DNA from: Monocercomonoides exilis PA203
Taxonomy: Eukaryota; Protista; Preaxostyla
DNA: 64,000 nucleotides
Assembly (NCBI GenBank): GCA_001643675.2
Contig: LSRY02000062.1
Location: 372,001-436,000 of the forward strand
Direction of reading: 5' to 3'
Below are positions 1-12,800 of the stretch, one piece after another. Within the stretch, counting starts at the first letter, position 1. Each line of letters begins with the position of its first letter. Under the pieces are notes generated by a model. It searched no databases. It saw nothing but the letters and a program-made list of their open reading frames with translations, and was not told the origin of the DNA. Made by a program: the position numbers and the translations under genes.

Positions 1-1062
1 TAAATTATTAAGGGGAAAAACAGAAAGATGATTGATTTAATTTTTTGTTAATATATTAAGTATTCAAAATAGCATAAGAATATGTTTGAACATTATTATA
101 ACGGATTATATTCAAATTCAAATTTTGTCTTGATCAAAGTTTTTTTGTTTTTTTGTGAAAAACGTGAAAAAAGAGTGAAAAGAAAAGAAGATAAGAAAGA
201 AAGAAATGATCAAGTGAAAGAAAAAGAGAGAACTTGATTTTTAAATTACGATTTTTTATTTATTCGATTAAAAAAAAAGAAGAAACAAGAAGATAGAAAG
301 ATAAGCAAAAACACTTTTTGAAGTGAACTCCTTTTTGTTGAATGTTAAACTGGGAGATTATTTGTAAAATCAAATTTCTACAGTCAAATAGTTCGGTTTT
401 CGAAACCACTTTGAATGTTTAAAAAATGAACACAGAAAAGTTTTAACACGCAACAAAAAAATATTTTTTCATTAATAGAATGTCAAACATCGTGTTTTAA
501 AACAATTATTGTTTTTTCTTTCTTTCTCTTGAATAAATAACACCTCTCCAAAGAAATGGAACATTTGCAGAATTAACACTCCTAAAAAAATTTATAATTT
601 CAAAAAAAAATCACTCAACTGAAACATGGAATGACATAAAAATTATTCTTTAAAAAAAGGTTGTTCTCATGATTGCAAGAATTATTTTGTGCAATTATCA
701 AAATCATAATTATTAATATTATTTTCGATAGAAAAAAAGTCGTTTTTGCAAATAATAATAGTTCAAATTAAACATGTGTTACTTTATGACTATTGACAAT
801 TAAAAAATTGTTATTGACGGACGTGATTTTCATTATCGCGTCAGGTCCTTATTATAATTAAGAATATTAAACAAATAAAACAAATGTGATTTATTAAACG
901 ATGGAACAAGTTATTCTAAACATTTATTGTAAAAATAAAAGAACTTTTTGAATTGTCTCAAATAATCAAAATTGAAAAAAATATTTTAAATAAAAAATTT
1001 TCATTAAGGTTCAGTGACAGCTCAGTTTATCTGTGAATTAATTGATCAACAGACGGTCAGAA

Positions 1063-4000
1063 ATGTCAGTGGAAAATGATCCGTCAGGAGTTGCAAGAAA
1101 AGTCCACTTTGATCCTGCGATATTATCATTTGAAGAAGTTTTTAAAGAAATTCTTGAAAAGAAGGAGATCGTTTGTTTATTTGAAACAAATGTCTTTTCT
1201 ATTTTGAAAATTTTTATTTGAAGGAGAAACTTTTCAAATTCCATTCTGAACAATTGAAAAAGTGTGGCTGTAAGTTTATTCAACTGGAAAAGCTCTGTGT
1301 ATCAAAATATGGACAAGGTTTGATGTTTTTCAAGAAAATGTGAAGTTCTTTCTTTGTGAATACATAAAAGTTTTCAAGCATCCACGTTTAAAAGAAGAAT
1401 ACATGTCGAAAATGACACTCGAACCTCTGAACAATTATTTGTGGATTTCTTATGTCAAAGTCGAAAAAGATGGAACTCCAAAAAAGGATTGGCATCGATA
1501 TTTCTTATGTCCAAATTGCAAAGACGGTGTTTCGTGCGGAGCCACGGGGAGAAAAAATTACGTAACAATAGCAAACCACAAGTGTGATTTGTTGAAAACG
1601 CAACATATTTCAACATTACTGAAACAATTTCATCATCATGGCAAACGACTTTTTCTGGAAGCATCAGCTTTTCCCAAATTATCTTTGCTGAATCAAGATC
1701 TGGAAAAACAGTTTGTTGCAATGGTCAGTAAATGTAACATTTCTTTCATGGCAGCTTCGTCGAAAGAAATGAACTCATTTATTGAGTCATTAATACGATA
1801 TGGACAAGAGAATCCAAATGTTTCACCGAAAAATATTTTCCCATATTTGACAAGAAGGAAAATATCCCAGATGATTATCAAAGAGAAAATCATATCAGAA
1901 AAGGTCAAACGAAAAAGGATTGCAAACACAAGTCTCAGTGTAATGATTGATGGAGCTTTGGTTGGTAACAAGCACTACACTGTTGTCACAGTTGTCCCAA
2001 TATCATTGAAGGCTTCACCTTTCTTCTGGGGATTGTACGAGCAATGTTTCTCAACGGAGGAGTTTTATAACCTGCTTCAACATTTGTCTCAAGAATTCTC
2101 CACTTTCAATTCTTTTGTGAGAAGTTACTGCACAGATGGATTCGCTCCTCAATTAAAAGCAATTCATCAAATTTCCAAAGAATGCTCAAACAAAAAGTTA
2201 TTTGATAATAAATGTTTTCCTGTTGCTTCAGAATTCATTTATTGTTGCAACCATCTTGTCAATTTGGTCATATCCACATCTTTCACTAAAGTTCCTTTTT
2301 TGAATGATTTAAAAATGAAATTGCAGGAATTTTCTCAAAAGTCCCATTGCAAAATCTACAGATCTTTGCTTAGAAAATCCGTTCCTTTCTTTGTCTCGAC
2401 GCGATGGCACAGTTTATATTTATTGTGTGAATTCATCAGGAAAAAATACGATATCATTTACGTTAACAACATGTTAGATGCAATTAGTATTATCGATATT
2501 ATCAAAACTGAATTACTATTATATCCTTTGTACAAATTGCATTTATTCTTTGAACATGATTCAACAAAGTTGTGGCAAGCCTTTCCACAAATTCTGAAAA
2601 CATTCGGGTATTATTTCAGTTTGTTGCAACATTCACTCTTTTCTGAAGAAAAATGGCACAATGCCATTACCAACATTTTGGTTCAGTTGAACAACTACTT
2701 TTTGGAAGGTGCCAGAGGAGAAATACTTTCTCTTTCATTTGCATTATCGCCAATTGGCATGCAGCAGTATCGCAGGAAAAAATTTGTTCAGTCTTTTGTT
2801 GAATATTCATCTTTCTTTCAAAATTTTAATAAAGCTGATTGTTTTTCAAAATTTTCAGACAAAAGTGTTGGAATCAATAAAACAGATCAAATTGTGTCAC
2901 AAATTAACAGAACAAATAAAGATCTTGCACCTTCAAGATGCACAATATCCAATATTATAATTGAACAGAGCAATTTTCAACACAAACATTCAGTTTTGAG
3001 CACAGACGCTCAATCTCAAGCATTAATTCGTTTGAGCTCGGAGAGTTCAAAGAAAATGAACGTTTTTATTCAAAATCCTTTTATATATTCTCTTGAAAAT
3101 GATTCTTTATATTCGAATACTCCTTTTAAAATTATTGATCTTTTAGAAAAAATATTGAGAAGTGGCACATTGACACAGACATTGGATACTGATTTTGTCC
3201 AAGAAAATTCAACCGATAGTCAATCTGAAAGTGATGAACTGGGAATTCTTGCAGCGGAAGAAATCGAAGCAGATGATATGTTTGAATTATCAACTGATGA
3301 AGATGATTTCGAATATTGTGATCTTGCTGATAATAATATTTTAATATCTTCCTCTTCCTCTTCCTCTTTTTCTTCCTCTTCCTCTTCCTCTTCCTCTTCC
3401 TCTTCCTCTTCCTCCTCTCCCCCAACCTCCACATCTTCACCTCCTGCTTCCGCTTCAGCTTCATCATTATCATCAACTTCTTTTTCTTCCTCTTCTTCCC
3501 CTTCTTCTTCTTCTTCTTCCTCTTCCTCATCCTCTTCTTCTTCTTTTCCTTTATCATCATCATCTCCTTCTTCCTTTTCGTTTCCACCTTCCCTCGTCTC
3601 ACACGACTCTTCTCTTTCCGCTTTATCATTAACACATGTTGTAAGTTCAGCTACTTCTTCTTCTTATTCTTTTTCTTCATCTTCTTCCTCTTCATCTTCC
3701 TTAAATTTCAACTCTTCGATTGATGTTGGATCTGTTTTCAAGCATAATGGTTTTTAAAAATGAGATTTTTCAAAATATTTTCATTTTCAAACTTTTTTTC
3801 AGGACTTTTGGAACAATTTGATGAAACGGAAGAATATTCAGAAGATAAAGCAATTAAAGACAACGAAGTGTCAAAATCAAACTTCAAAACTTCTAATGAA
3901 AGTGAAATAGATAAACCAAGCAACAAAAACGAAGATATTCCCTCTCAAAGTGAAAGCGAAGATGATCTCGTCATGTTATTTTCTACGAAAAAAATTGCTC

Positions 4001-4407
4001 TTTGCAAAAAACCATCTCAAGAAAAGGAAAATGAATTGCAAACAAATATTAAAAACACACTTCTAACAGACTGGTATCCAAGGTTGCATGAATCCTTTGC
4101 AACATATATAAAAAAAGCAATAGGATGTTTGGATGAAGAGTTAACAAAGGGCTGCTTGTTACTGTTCCAAAGATCTTTGAAATTGGAACCAGAATATCCT
4201 TACGAAGAAGATGCAGAAATCTTTTACAAAGCGCTTTCTTCTTACGGAGATTTGCACATGATTTACTCTGGCCTTTGCCTCACTCTGATTGCTTCTCCGT
4301 GTAGCGAGGTGAGCTGCGAAAGAGTAATTTCAAAAATGAGAAATATTCTTGGAGATAAGAGACACCTTGTTAGCTCACAGACTTTGGAAGCTCTTCTTCA
4401 GATCTAG
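1063..4407 (+). CDS. hAT family transposase (BED-like zinc finger, DDE core, C-terminal hAT dimerisation domain); predicted exons 1063-1170, 1224-1317, 1371-3749, 3803-4407
   Basis: Motifs: CPNC...HKC (BED-like), SVMIDG (first D), YCTDG (second D), CCNHLVNLV (CxxH), STRWHS, and SPCSEVSCERVISKMRNILGDKRHLVSSQTLEALL (catalytic E plus hATC). Three GT-AG introns join the pieces in frame. Confidence 0.88.
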
Positions 4408-4849
4408 AAGTCTTTGAAAGTTTCTTTTGTTCAATGTGTCACTATAGCAAAACTCCTTCACTCTATTCTTTTTTTCTCATTCTGTGTTTTCAAAGTAGTA
4501 TTTCAATTACTCAATTCCGAATATATGATAGTTGTTACAGGTTATGAATTTATTAAAAGAGTCTTTTGTTATGATTTTTTTTGTAATCTTTGCATTATCA
4601 CTCTTTTTCACATTTCATCAATTTGTTATTAACTAAAAAAGCGCAATAATTCAAGTATTATTTGTAATTTCGGTCAAATGAATAACAAATGACAAACTAT
4701 TTGTTTAGAAGCACTTGCTTTCACAATGTTGAATTATTCAAAATTTTAAAGCTTAACTGGAGAAACAAAAGAGGAGGAAAAAGCTTTCAGTTAAAAAAAT
4801 AAAATTATAGAAAATGAGAGAACACATCGAATTACGTGGAGTTCATTTC

Positions 4850-6500
4850 TTGTTTCATTTTCTTCCTTTCACAATCCTCTGCTCCAACTTCTTCATTTTC
4901 ATATTCACCTTCTTCTTTTTCTTCTTCCACTTCTAATACTGCTGCTGCTGCTTCTTACAAATAATTCATTGAGCATATGCCATTCACCCATATCATCAAT
5001 CTTCTGCTCTCTCTTCTATCTCTTCCCCTTATTCTTTCCAAAATATCTAATGAATCTCACAAATATTTTCTTTTCCATTTTTTTTTCATATTTCTTATCA
5101 AGATCTTTCCTCCATACGTTCCTTCATGTATTGTGTCCTAATTTCTTTTAATGCAATCAGTTATACTCTTCACATATCCCATGCTTATTCATTACCGTTG
5201 AACATTCTTGAAAAAATCCTAATTTCATAAATATTAAAAAATATGGAATGTTATATATATAATTATCAAAAAAACAAACCTAAATCTTTCATAACGATCG
5301 CCTTTAACAGAATTTTTTTCTTCTTCTGAAAATATCGTTCATTTCTTCCAACAAAGCTCATCTTTCTCGTCTGCACCTCCTTTCTGCTTCATCAAACAAA
5401 TATTTGTTCAAGTCCTGTTTTCTATAATGCTTCCACTCAAATAAAGCCATTAACTCTATTCGACAATAATATCAGAATCTTTTCTTTTCATCAGAAGAAT
5501 CCCTTCCCATCCCTTATTGCTGCATCACCTTCTTCTTCTCTTCATTTTCCCTCATTGCAAAAACGCACATCCGCCGTACTTCCATTATCTCCTTCGTTTG
5601 CTATATCAAAATTCTTTTTTTCCTTCACTCTCAATCTCCCCATCCCCCAAATTTCTTCTCCCAATAAAAAATATGTGCTTCCATCATTTTTCTGTATCGA
5701 ATGATCGACGCCATCTTGTGGTCAGCCCCTTATCTCGCTCCATCCCTGCAGCACATCTGCCTTCGCTTCATCAATGCAAAAAGTTAGTATTAATGTTACT
5801 TCTTCCCATCTTCCCCAGCATCCATATCCATCCCTTGCGTTGCAAATGCCAGGCGCGGCCAAAGTCCTCCGAATAATCTACGAAAAATAAAAAACTTCCC
5901 ACACTTTCTTCTTCCATTCTTCCACACAATTTTCCACCTAAGTTTCCTCTATAATCGCTCATGTTCTCGCAATAATCTCCCTTTGCCCACCACATATTCC
6001 CTCTCTCTCTGTATGTGTGTGTGTGCTTTGAAAAAAAACCATCTCCTCTTTTGTCTCTCCATTTCCTTTCCAATTCTTGTCCTCCTCTTTATAATAATAT
6101 TATCTGTACGATACGCATATCTCCATGTTTCTGTCTCCTCTCTCCATCTCATCATAACTAATTACTTTTATCCACAATAAACACGAACGTTATTCTCATT
6201 TGTGATGATTTCAAATAAATAAAACTCTCTTTTCCCATCCACAGTCATTCATTACACATCCTTCATCCTTAAAAAATTCATGTGATAATATCTTCTCCTT
6301 CATTTCAAGCATATATCATTCAATCTCCTCCAACATCCTGTATCATTCCAGAAATCATCCATCTCTTTCCGAACACATTGATGAATGTATCATTAACCTC
6401 AATCAAATTAATATACTCTCACAACTGCTATAAATCTCCTTTTCTGCCTTTTTCTTTTTTATGTCCAATAATTTTTATGGATAAGATCAACGGATTTCTC
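4850..6500 (-). pseudogene. Heavily decayed purine-rich coding relic inside the hAT element, possibly RT/RNase H of a retroelement
   Basis: Coding-like strand bias with many stops and frameshifts. Frameshifted DA-SNKGWEGIL followed by IELMAL (about 5440-5530) resembles the RNase H DASxxGWG...ELxA motifs. Weak. Confidence 0.25.
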
Positions 6501-6549
6501 ACAAAATAAAGAAACGTTTCTAACTGGAAAATGGAATTCGAATTCAACC

Positions 6550-8450
6550 AGAGTTTTCTGCACCAGACAAATAATAATTCAATATTGATAATGGTATATT
6601 TATATGATAAAAACTTAGATAAGATGAGAGTTAATTTTCAATTGGAAAAAATGAAACGAAGGGGATTCTCAATAGAAGACTGAAGGAAAAAACGAAAGTT
6701 TTTTGGATGTGAGATTGATGAGCATTGAAAGGTCATTGAATGATTTTCAACAGCGAAAACGAGAGTTAAATAACGAGGAAGGCATAAAATCTTTGTTGTT
6801 TCTTTTCAATTGTTTTGACACATTTTGCACTGCTCTTATCAACTTCTTCTCATCTGCTTTGCTTTCACCAATAAATATGTTGTTAACATGCATGTTTACG
6901 GATTTATTTACCGTATATTCTTTATTCGCAATTTCTTAGAAAATTTATTTTTCATCTTCAATAATGTTCTGGAAATCAAAACAAATATAAAGCCCTTCGG
7001 ACATTTTGCTCTCTTTATAAAAGTTTGTTCACATGTCTAATCATTTCATCGTTATCATTGTTATCGCAGTGAGTGGCAAAATATTAATAACAAGGTCAAA
7101 TTCAATAAGATTTTCTTGTTCATCATTATCTTTATCTTCTTCTTCTTCTCAGACGAAAAATCATCAAAACTTTATTTTTCAACTTGTTTTCCATTCATTC
7201 AAATTATCTTATTTCAAATAACTATCTCACGAATGTTCCTCTTGTAGCAAACAAGATTCAATGAAGAGAAATACAAAAGTTGAAAAAAGTGAATAAGTCT
7301 CAATCACATTCATTTTCATATTTTTTCACCACAAACAATTCATTTTTCCTCAATGCAGTTAGTTTCACGTCAACATCAAAACTTCATGTTTAGTGCAATG
7401 ATAATAGATCTCATATCTTCCGTATACTTTAAAAACAAAACGCCTCCATCTGAATTGGCATTGCCTCACTCTTCTCATTCGTCAACTCCCACTGCAACTC
7501 ACAGAAGTTCCAAAAACTTTCAACATTATCATCTTCCAATGAATGGGCAAAACACTTTATCGTTGTCATTCTTCCTTTTCTTTTCATATATTGTCCAAAA
7601 TTCTGCTTTCTTAATTTATAAACTTCTTTCTTTTCATTCTTTCTTTTATCCATCTTCGCAAAATACTTATGTGTTGTAATCAACATTTTTGAATCAATAT
7701 TTATCAATCTTATATCTGTTATTCTTCAATCTTTTTTGTCATCAAAATTAACTTCATTTTCTCCTTTCAGATTCTTTGCAAAAAAATTTTTCTCATCATA
7801 ATTAATTTTCATCACTTTCTTTTGACCAAATGCTTGAAAATTACACATATGTTGTGAAATGTGACTTTGTTTATCTTTACATACATAATAACTATTTTCC
7901 CCATTCATTGATACAATAAATTTGTTTTCTTTTTCTGATGAAGTGAAAAATTCGATTATGACAAATTGTCATAACAGATTTATTTCATTTTTGCTTAAAA
8001 AAATGTCATTGATGAGAAAAAGCTTTTGATTTGAAAAAATGATGTATGAAATGTGAGTGATTTTTTGTTGTTTTTTTATCTTCAATTTCTAAATTAACAA
8101 ATTTAAAAACATCATCTTTAGATAAGGCATCAATTCAAAACTTTTTCTAAAAAAAACATTATCAACCATTCATCTGTTTTCCAGGCTTCTATTTATTTTA
8201 TCCAAGCAAAAATGCTTTCTATGCTTAAAAATGAAAAAGCAAAATCACTTTTTCAGTTTTTTTTCCAACTAATTGAACTTCAATCGCATGCCTTTGTAAA
8301 AAAATATTCGAACAGTTGTTCAATGAAGATAAAAAAGTTTAAAAAGCGTAAAGAAATGCAAACTCACATTACAGAAGCGACTAAGAACTTGAATCGGTAT
8401 TTATTTGAATTCAAAATATTTGCAATTTAAATATCAATATTTTTGAAGAA
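6550..8450 (-). pseudogene. Probable decayed second hAT-like transposase gene, convergent with the intact one
   Basis: Minus-strand fragments are colinear with the intact transposase: SHISQHMC vs VTIANHKC; KYFAKMDKRK vs NIFPYLTRRK; ESFWNF...(frameshift)SDG vs EEFYNL...TDG; YYHCTKHEV vs IYCCNHLV. Broken by stops and frameshifts; ends approximate. Confidence 0.4.
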
Positions 8451-9380
8451 GCATCTCTTTTTGAGTACATATGATGAAAAAATCGAAATTTTTTAAAAAA
8501 ATTTGTTTTCTCAAAGTCATTATGGTTATTCACCAAAGTTTTCCAATAAAAAAATTTCTTTATAAAAAAGTGAAAAAATTGCTAAATATAATAATAGAAT
8601 AAAGATTTCTTGAATAAATTATTGAGATATATTAATCCAAGTTTTCTTTAGAAATTTCATAAATACTGACGGATTCAATTAATGACTGACGGACGTGACA
8701 TAAATTTTATGATCTGTAACACATGTTTAGTTCAAATGAATTAAAATTTCGTCTCATTCTTCTGACGAATCATGTTATTCTTTTTGAAAAGTCGCAATTG
8801 TTTATTTCTCAATTCGATCAAAATAATTCATCAATTGATCACCTTTTGCTACATAATAGTGAATTTTATATTAAATATGAATTCAAATTCAAAATCATAT
8901 TTGATGATAAAAAAAAAGAGATTCACAGCACAATTTTTTTCTATCTGATAAACAAACAATTGCGACTTTTTAAAAAGAATAACATGATTCGTCAGAAGAA
9001 TGAGACGAAATTTTAATTCATTTGAACTATTATTATTTGCAAAAACGACTTTTTTTCTATCGAAAATAATATTAATACTTATGATTTTGATAATTGCACA
9101 AAATAATTCTTGCAATCATGAGAACAACCTTTTTTTAGAGAATGGTTTTTACATCATTCTTTATGTCAGTGAGTCATACATAATAAACAAATATTCAAGT
9201 TTTTTTATAAAATGATGAAGACTTTGTGTTTATTAGAATTGTTTTTTGTTAATTTTTTGCTTTTCCTGACAGGCTTTCATTTTTTCATAATTCTGTTTTT
9301 TGTATTTATTTATTTGTTAATTATTGTCAAAATTGGTAATATTTTCCCCGATAACAAGCTGAGCAAAGAAAAAAAAAATC

Positions 9381-9411
9381 AAATAAATAAATAAATAAAT
9401 AAATAAATAAA
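9381..9411 (+). repeat. (AAAT)n microsatellite
   Basis: About 7-8 tandem AAAT units. Confidence 0.85.
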
Positions 9412-9868
9412 TTAATAAAATTCCAAAGATTTCTAAATCATGAATTTGATGTTTTTATTGATTCTCAAATGTATTGTGATTTAACAAATGATTGTTAATT
9501 TTTGATCTTTTCAAAATTTCCGCTTTATAATATGAAGTCATATGCAAAAATGTAACAAAAACATATCAATAAACATTTTCTGGAATTACAAAAATAATCA
9601 TTCATTTTTTTTTTTCTGGCAAAATTATAAACCACTTAAACAGAAACATACACACACAAAATTTTTTCCAACAAAAAATTGAGTAAAACTTATAATATGT
9701 GTCAAAATATACTGAAATTCTATCAAATAAAACATTAACAATTTTATAATGGAATGAAACAAAACAAAGCAACAAATCATCATCAACAACAACAAAAAAG
9801 AAACACACAGGCACGCAGAGAGAAAGAGAGAGAGAGAGAAAAAAAAATAAACACTAAAAGCCAACTAT

Positions 9869-12800
9869 TTATTCTGTTCGGTGCAAATTCAATGGGAATG
9901 GAAATGAAGTGCGAGTTGTTTGCACTTTTGGAGAAGCTACAAGAGCAGCAGAATTAGAAGGAAGAGATGTGACAGAAGGCGAAGGAGATCTCTGTCTGGG
10001 AGATGAACCAATGCGGCGAGTGAGATTGATAATTGGTGTTTCACGCGAATTATTTTTGGTGCCGATCTTTCTTCCTCTTTGATTTTGCAAGGATTTCACA
10101 TTTTTGCTTTCTTCTGTTTTATCAGGCGATTTCATTGAATTTTCATAAGTTTTCAATTCATTTGACTGAAGAGGATCAACATTATCGGAAATTGCACTTG
10201 AATGCGAAGGAGATTGTACAAATGCTGGCGGAGAGGGAGGAGGAAGCGGAGAAGGAGTCGAAGCTGGAAGACTCAATCCATCAACATCCGCACTTTGCTG
10301 CTGAATTGAAAAAGGATGGCTATCAAATATAGGAAGAGACGTTGCTGACAAAAGAGAAGGAGGAGAAGAAGAATGAATGAGCAAATTGGTGTTTATGATT
10401 TGAGGAGTATCTTGTGCCAAAGGAGTGGAATCGAAGACTGCGGGTGGTGAAGATAAAATCGAAGTGGGTTGAGGTTGAGACGAAGATGAAGCATCAGAGA
10501 TCGAAGAAGATGCTTGAGTTGAAGAAGCAGGAAAAGAAGCATCAGATGACGATAAAGCTATTGACGAAGGAGTTGGAGATGTTAATGGACGAGGTGGCCT
10601 TCCAGTAGAATGAGTTGACAATTGCCGGGGAGCTGCTGATAAATCTCCTTTCTTCTTCTTTTTTGGAGTAATTCGCTTGACATCGTGCTCGCTTTGTTGG
10701 AGTGATTGCCTTTCTCGTTGCATTGTTGAAGATGAAGATGACCCAACTTTTGAAGAAGAAGGTTCTGGTTGCATGCGAATTGATATTGCAGATGGGCCAG
10801 TGAAAAGCGGAGGTGCTGGACGAGAAGAAGAAGAAGAAGGAGAAGAGCTGCGAGAAGTAGAGACATGAGAAGATGAAGGGCGAGATAATGATGAGGATGA
10901 AGTGGAAAAAGAGGATGAATGCTGTTGATCAAATGTGGAAGACGAAGAATTTTCCGTCTGAGAATATTGAAATTGTGGAGTGGCAGAAGCAGAAGTATCT
11001 TTTAATGGGAAGATTCTATTGTCTGGCAATGAAAACTGATCATTAAAAGATTGAAGGGAAACAGAATGAACGTTTGCAGTTGACTGAGGAGGTGAAGATG
11101 TAAATGAGTTGCTAATCAGAGACGGAGCTGTCATAACAGAGGAAATGTTAAGAGATTGCTGTTGCTTCAGCTCAAATGATATTTTTCGTATTTGCGTTTC
11201 TTTTTCTTCGAGCAGTGAATCCTTCATTTGTATCAGAGATTCGTATTTTGCTGCAATTGTTCTGAGCTGCTCTTCGTTGTCTCTTTTCAGCTCAGCCAAC
11301 ACTTTTGCTCTTTCTTTTTCTTTCTCATCCGCATCCTTCTCGACCTGTGCTGTTCGCATCATCAGCGAATGAAGTTGCTGCAAAATGGCACTTTTCTTTT
11401 CCTTTTGCTGGAGTTGCATTTCCAACACTGCCACTTTCTCTTCCGCGTCGGCTGCTTTTTTCTCAGCTTCTCTCACTCGCTCTCTCAATTCCACACAGAA
11501 TTGTCTCTCTCTGCTTCTTTCTTTCTCTTCCTCTGCAAATTCTCGCAGCTCCTCCTTCATCGCATTAATTTGTGCTTCATATGTTTCTCTGAGAAGCAGT
11601 CTGCTCTGCTCGTTCCGCTGCAGATCATTCATCATCTGCGTTCTCACACTTTCTGCAACTGCCTCTGCTTGTGTTGCTCGAGAGGTCAGCGCTGCATTTT
11701 CTGCTGTCACACGCTGCAGTGCTGCCTCGCCTTCCAGTCGGATGGCTCTTTCCTTTTCGGCCTCTCCGCGCAACGCAGCAACGCTGTGCACAAGTCGCAC
11801 TGCGTCTGCTTCTGCCTTTGCTGTCCTCTGCGCTTCGGCTGCTGCAGTGCTTTGGAGCATCACTTTTTCTGAGTTCAAATGGCGCAAATGAGCAATGAAC
11901 GTTGCAGAAGGAATCACAACAGTCGCTTCAGGATACAACACTTTCTGAAGAGAAAGCATTTCACTGTCCTTTTCTTCGGCTGCTTTCTGAAGTCGTTGTA
12001 TTTCTTCTTGCAATTCCTTCTCTTTGTTCATCCACTCTTTTTCTTTTCTTTCGAATTCTGGTTTTAATCTCATTTCTTCTTCATCAGCACTCATTTTGCC
12101 TTTCTTTGGCATCAGTTCATCGAATGCAGATTCAAATGGAGATTGGAATGCTGCAGATGATTGCGGTGATGGGAATGACTCTGCAGTCTTCACAGAAGAT
12201 GTGCCAGATGAAGCAAGCGACGAGGATGAAAGTGCCAACAACTCTTGTTTTTGTGAACGAGATGGAGAATTGAATGATTCACCATCGATTGTATTGACAA
12301 CAGAGGGAGGAGAAGTCGGAGGAGTTGAAATGGAAGATGATCCGCTGGTCGAATTCAGTTGCATATTTCTTTTTTCGCTCTCTTTTCCTTTGCCTGAGAA
12401 GCGTCCTATTTTCTGCTTTGGTGCTGCTCGAAGTTGCCCTCCTCCTTTTTTAGCTCTCTCGACAGCTCTTTCCAGTTCATTCACTCGTTTTGAATGGATT
12501 TTCCTTTCTTCGTCCATCGCCTTTTCTTTCGCTCTGATCTGCTCTGCAAATTGCTTCTCCAATTGCACTTTCTCAGCCTCAGCGTTTGCAGCAGCTTTTT
12601 TTGCCTCTTCTTCCCAGTGTATTCTTTCTTTGTGGTGGATATCGCTCTGAAGAAGCAGCCGAGCCTCGCTTTGCTCCAGTTCTTGTTTCAATCGGCTTAT
12701 TTCTTCTTTTTCCTCAGCTGTCACTCGATTTTGTGCTCCTCTTGCTGAATTCACTTCCTTTTTAGCCTTTTCATCTTCTGATTGCTTGTCATTTGCTCTT

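Larger units (their letters stand above)
769..8729 (+). mobile_element. hAT-superfamily DNA transposon (7,961 bp)
   Basis: Perfect 14-bp TIRs TAAACATGTGTTAC (769-782) and GTAACACATGTTTA (8716-8729). 8-bp TSD GTTCAAAT at 761-768 and 8730-8737. The uninterrupted target survives in the opposite fold-back arm (about 9010-9040, reverse strand). Subterminal TGACGGACGTGA at 815-826 and 8687-8698. Encodes a hAT transposase. Confidence 0.93.
612..9175. mobile_element. Fold-back (long-TIR, MITE-like) element of about 600 bp net length, interrupted in its left arm by the hAT insertion
   Basis: About 650-768 joined to 8738-8805 is the near-perfect reverse complement of about 8950-9140 (e.g. GGTTGTTCTCATGATTGCAAGAATTATTTTGTGC vs GCACAAAATAATTCTTGCAATCATGAGAACAACC). 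Weaker similarity extends to about 612 and 9175. No ORF or TSD recognised; outer ends are approximate. Confidence 0.7.

Noticed and set aside
377-420. TA-CAGTCAAAT resembling a second pogo-like TIR
   Set aside because: No partner TIR found; too short to support.
4408-8715. Fanzor/TnpB-like RNA-guided nuclease as hAT cargo
   Set aside because: In the frames I read I found no RuvC motifs (DPG, E..TS..C..C, RD.N.A.N) and there is no long ORF. A profile search would still be needed to exclude a decayed copy.
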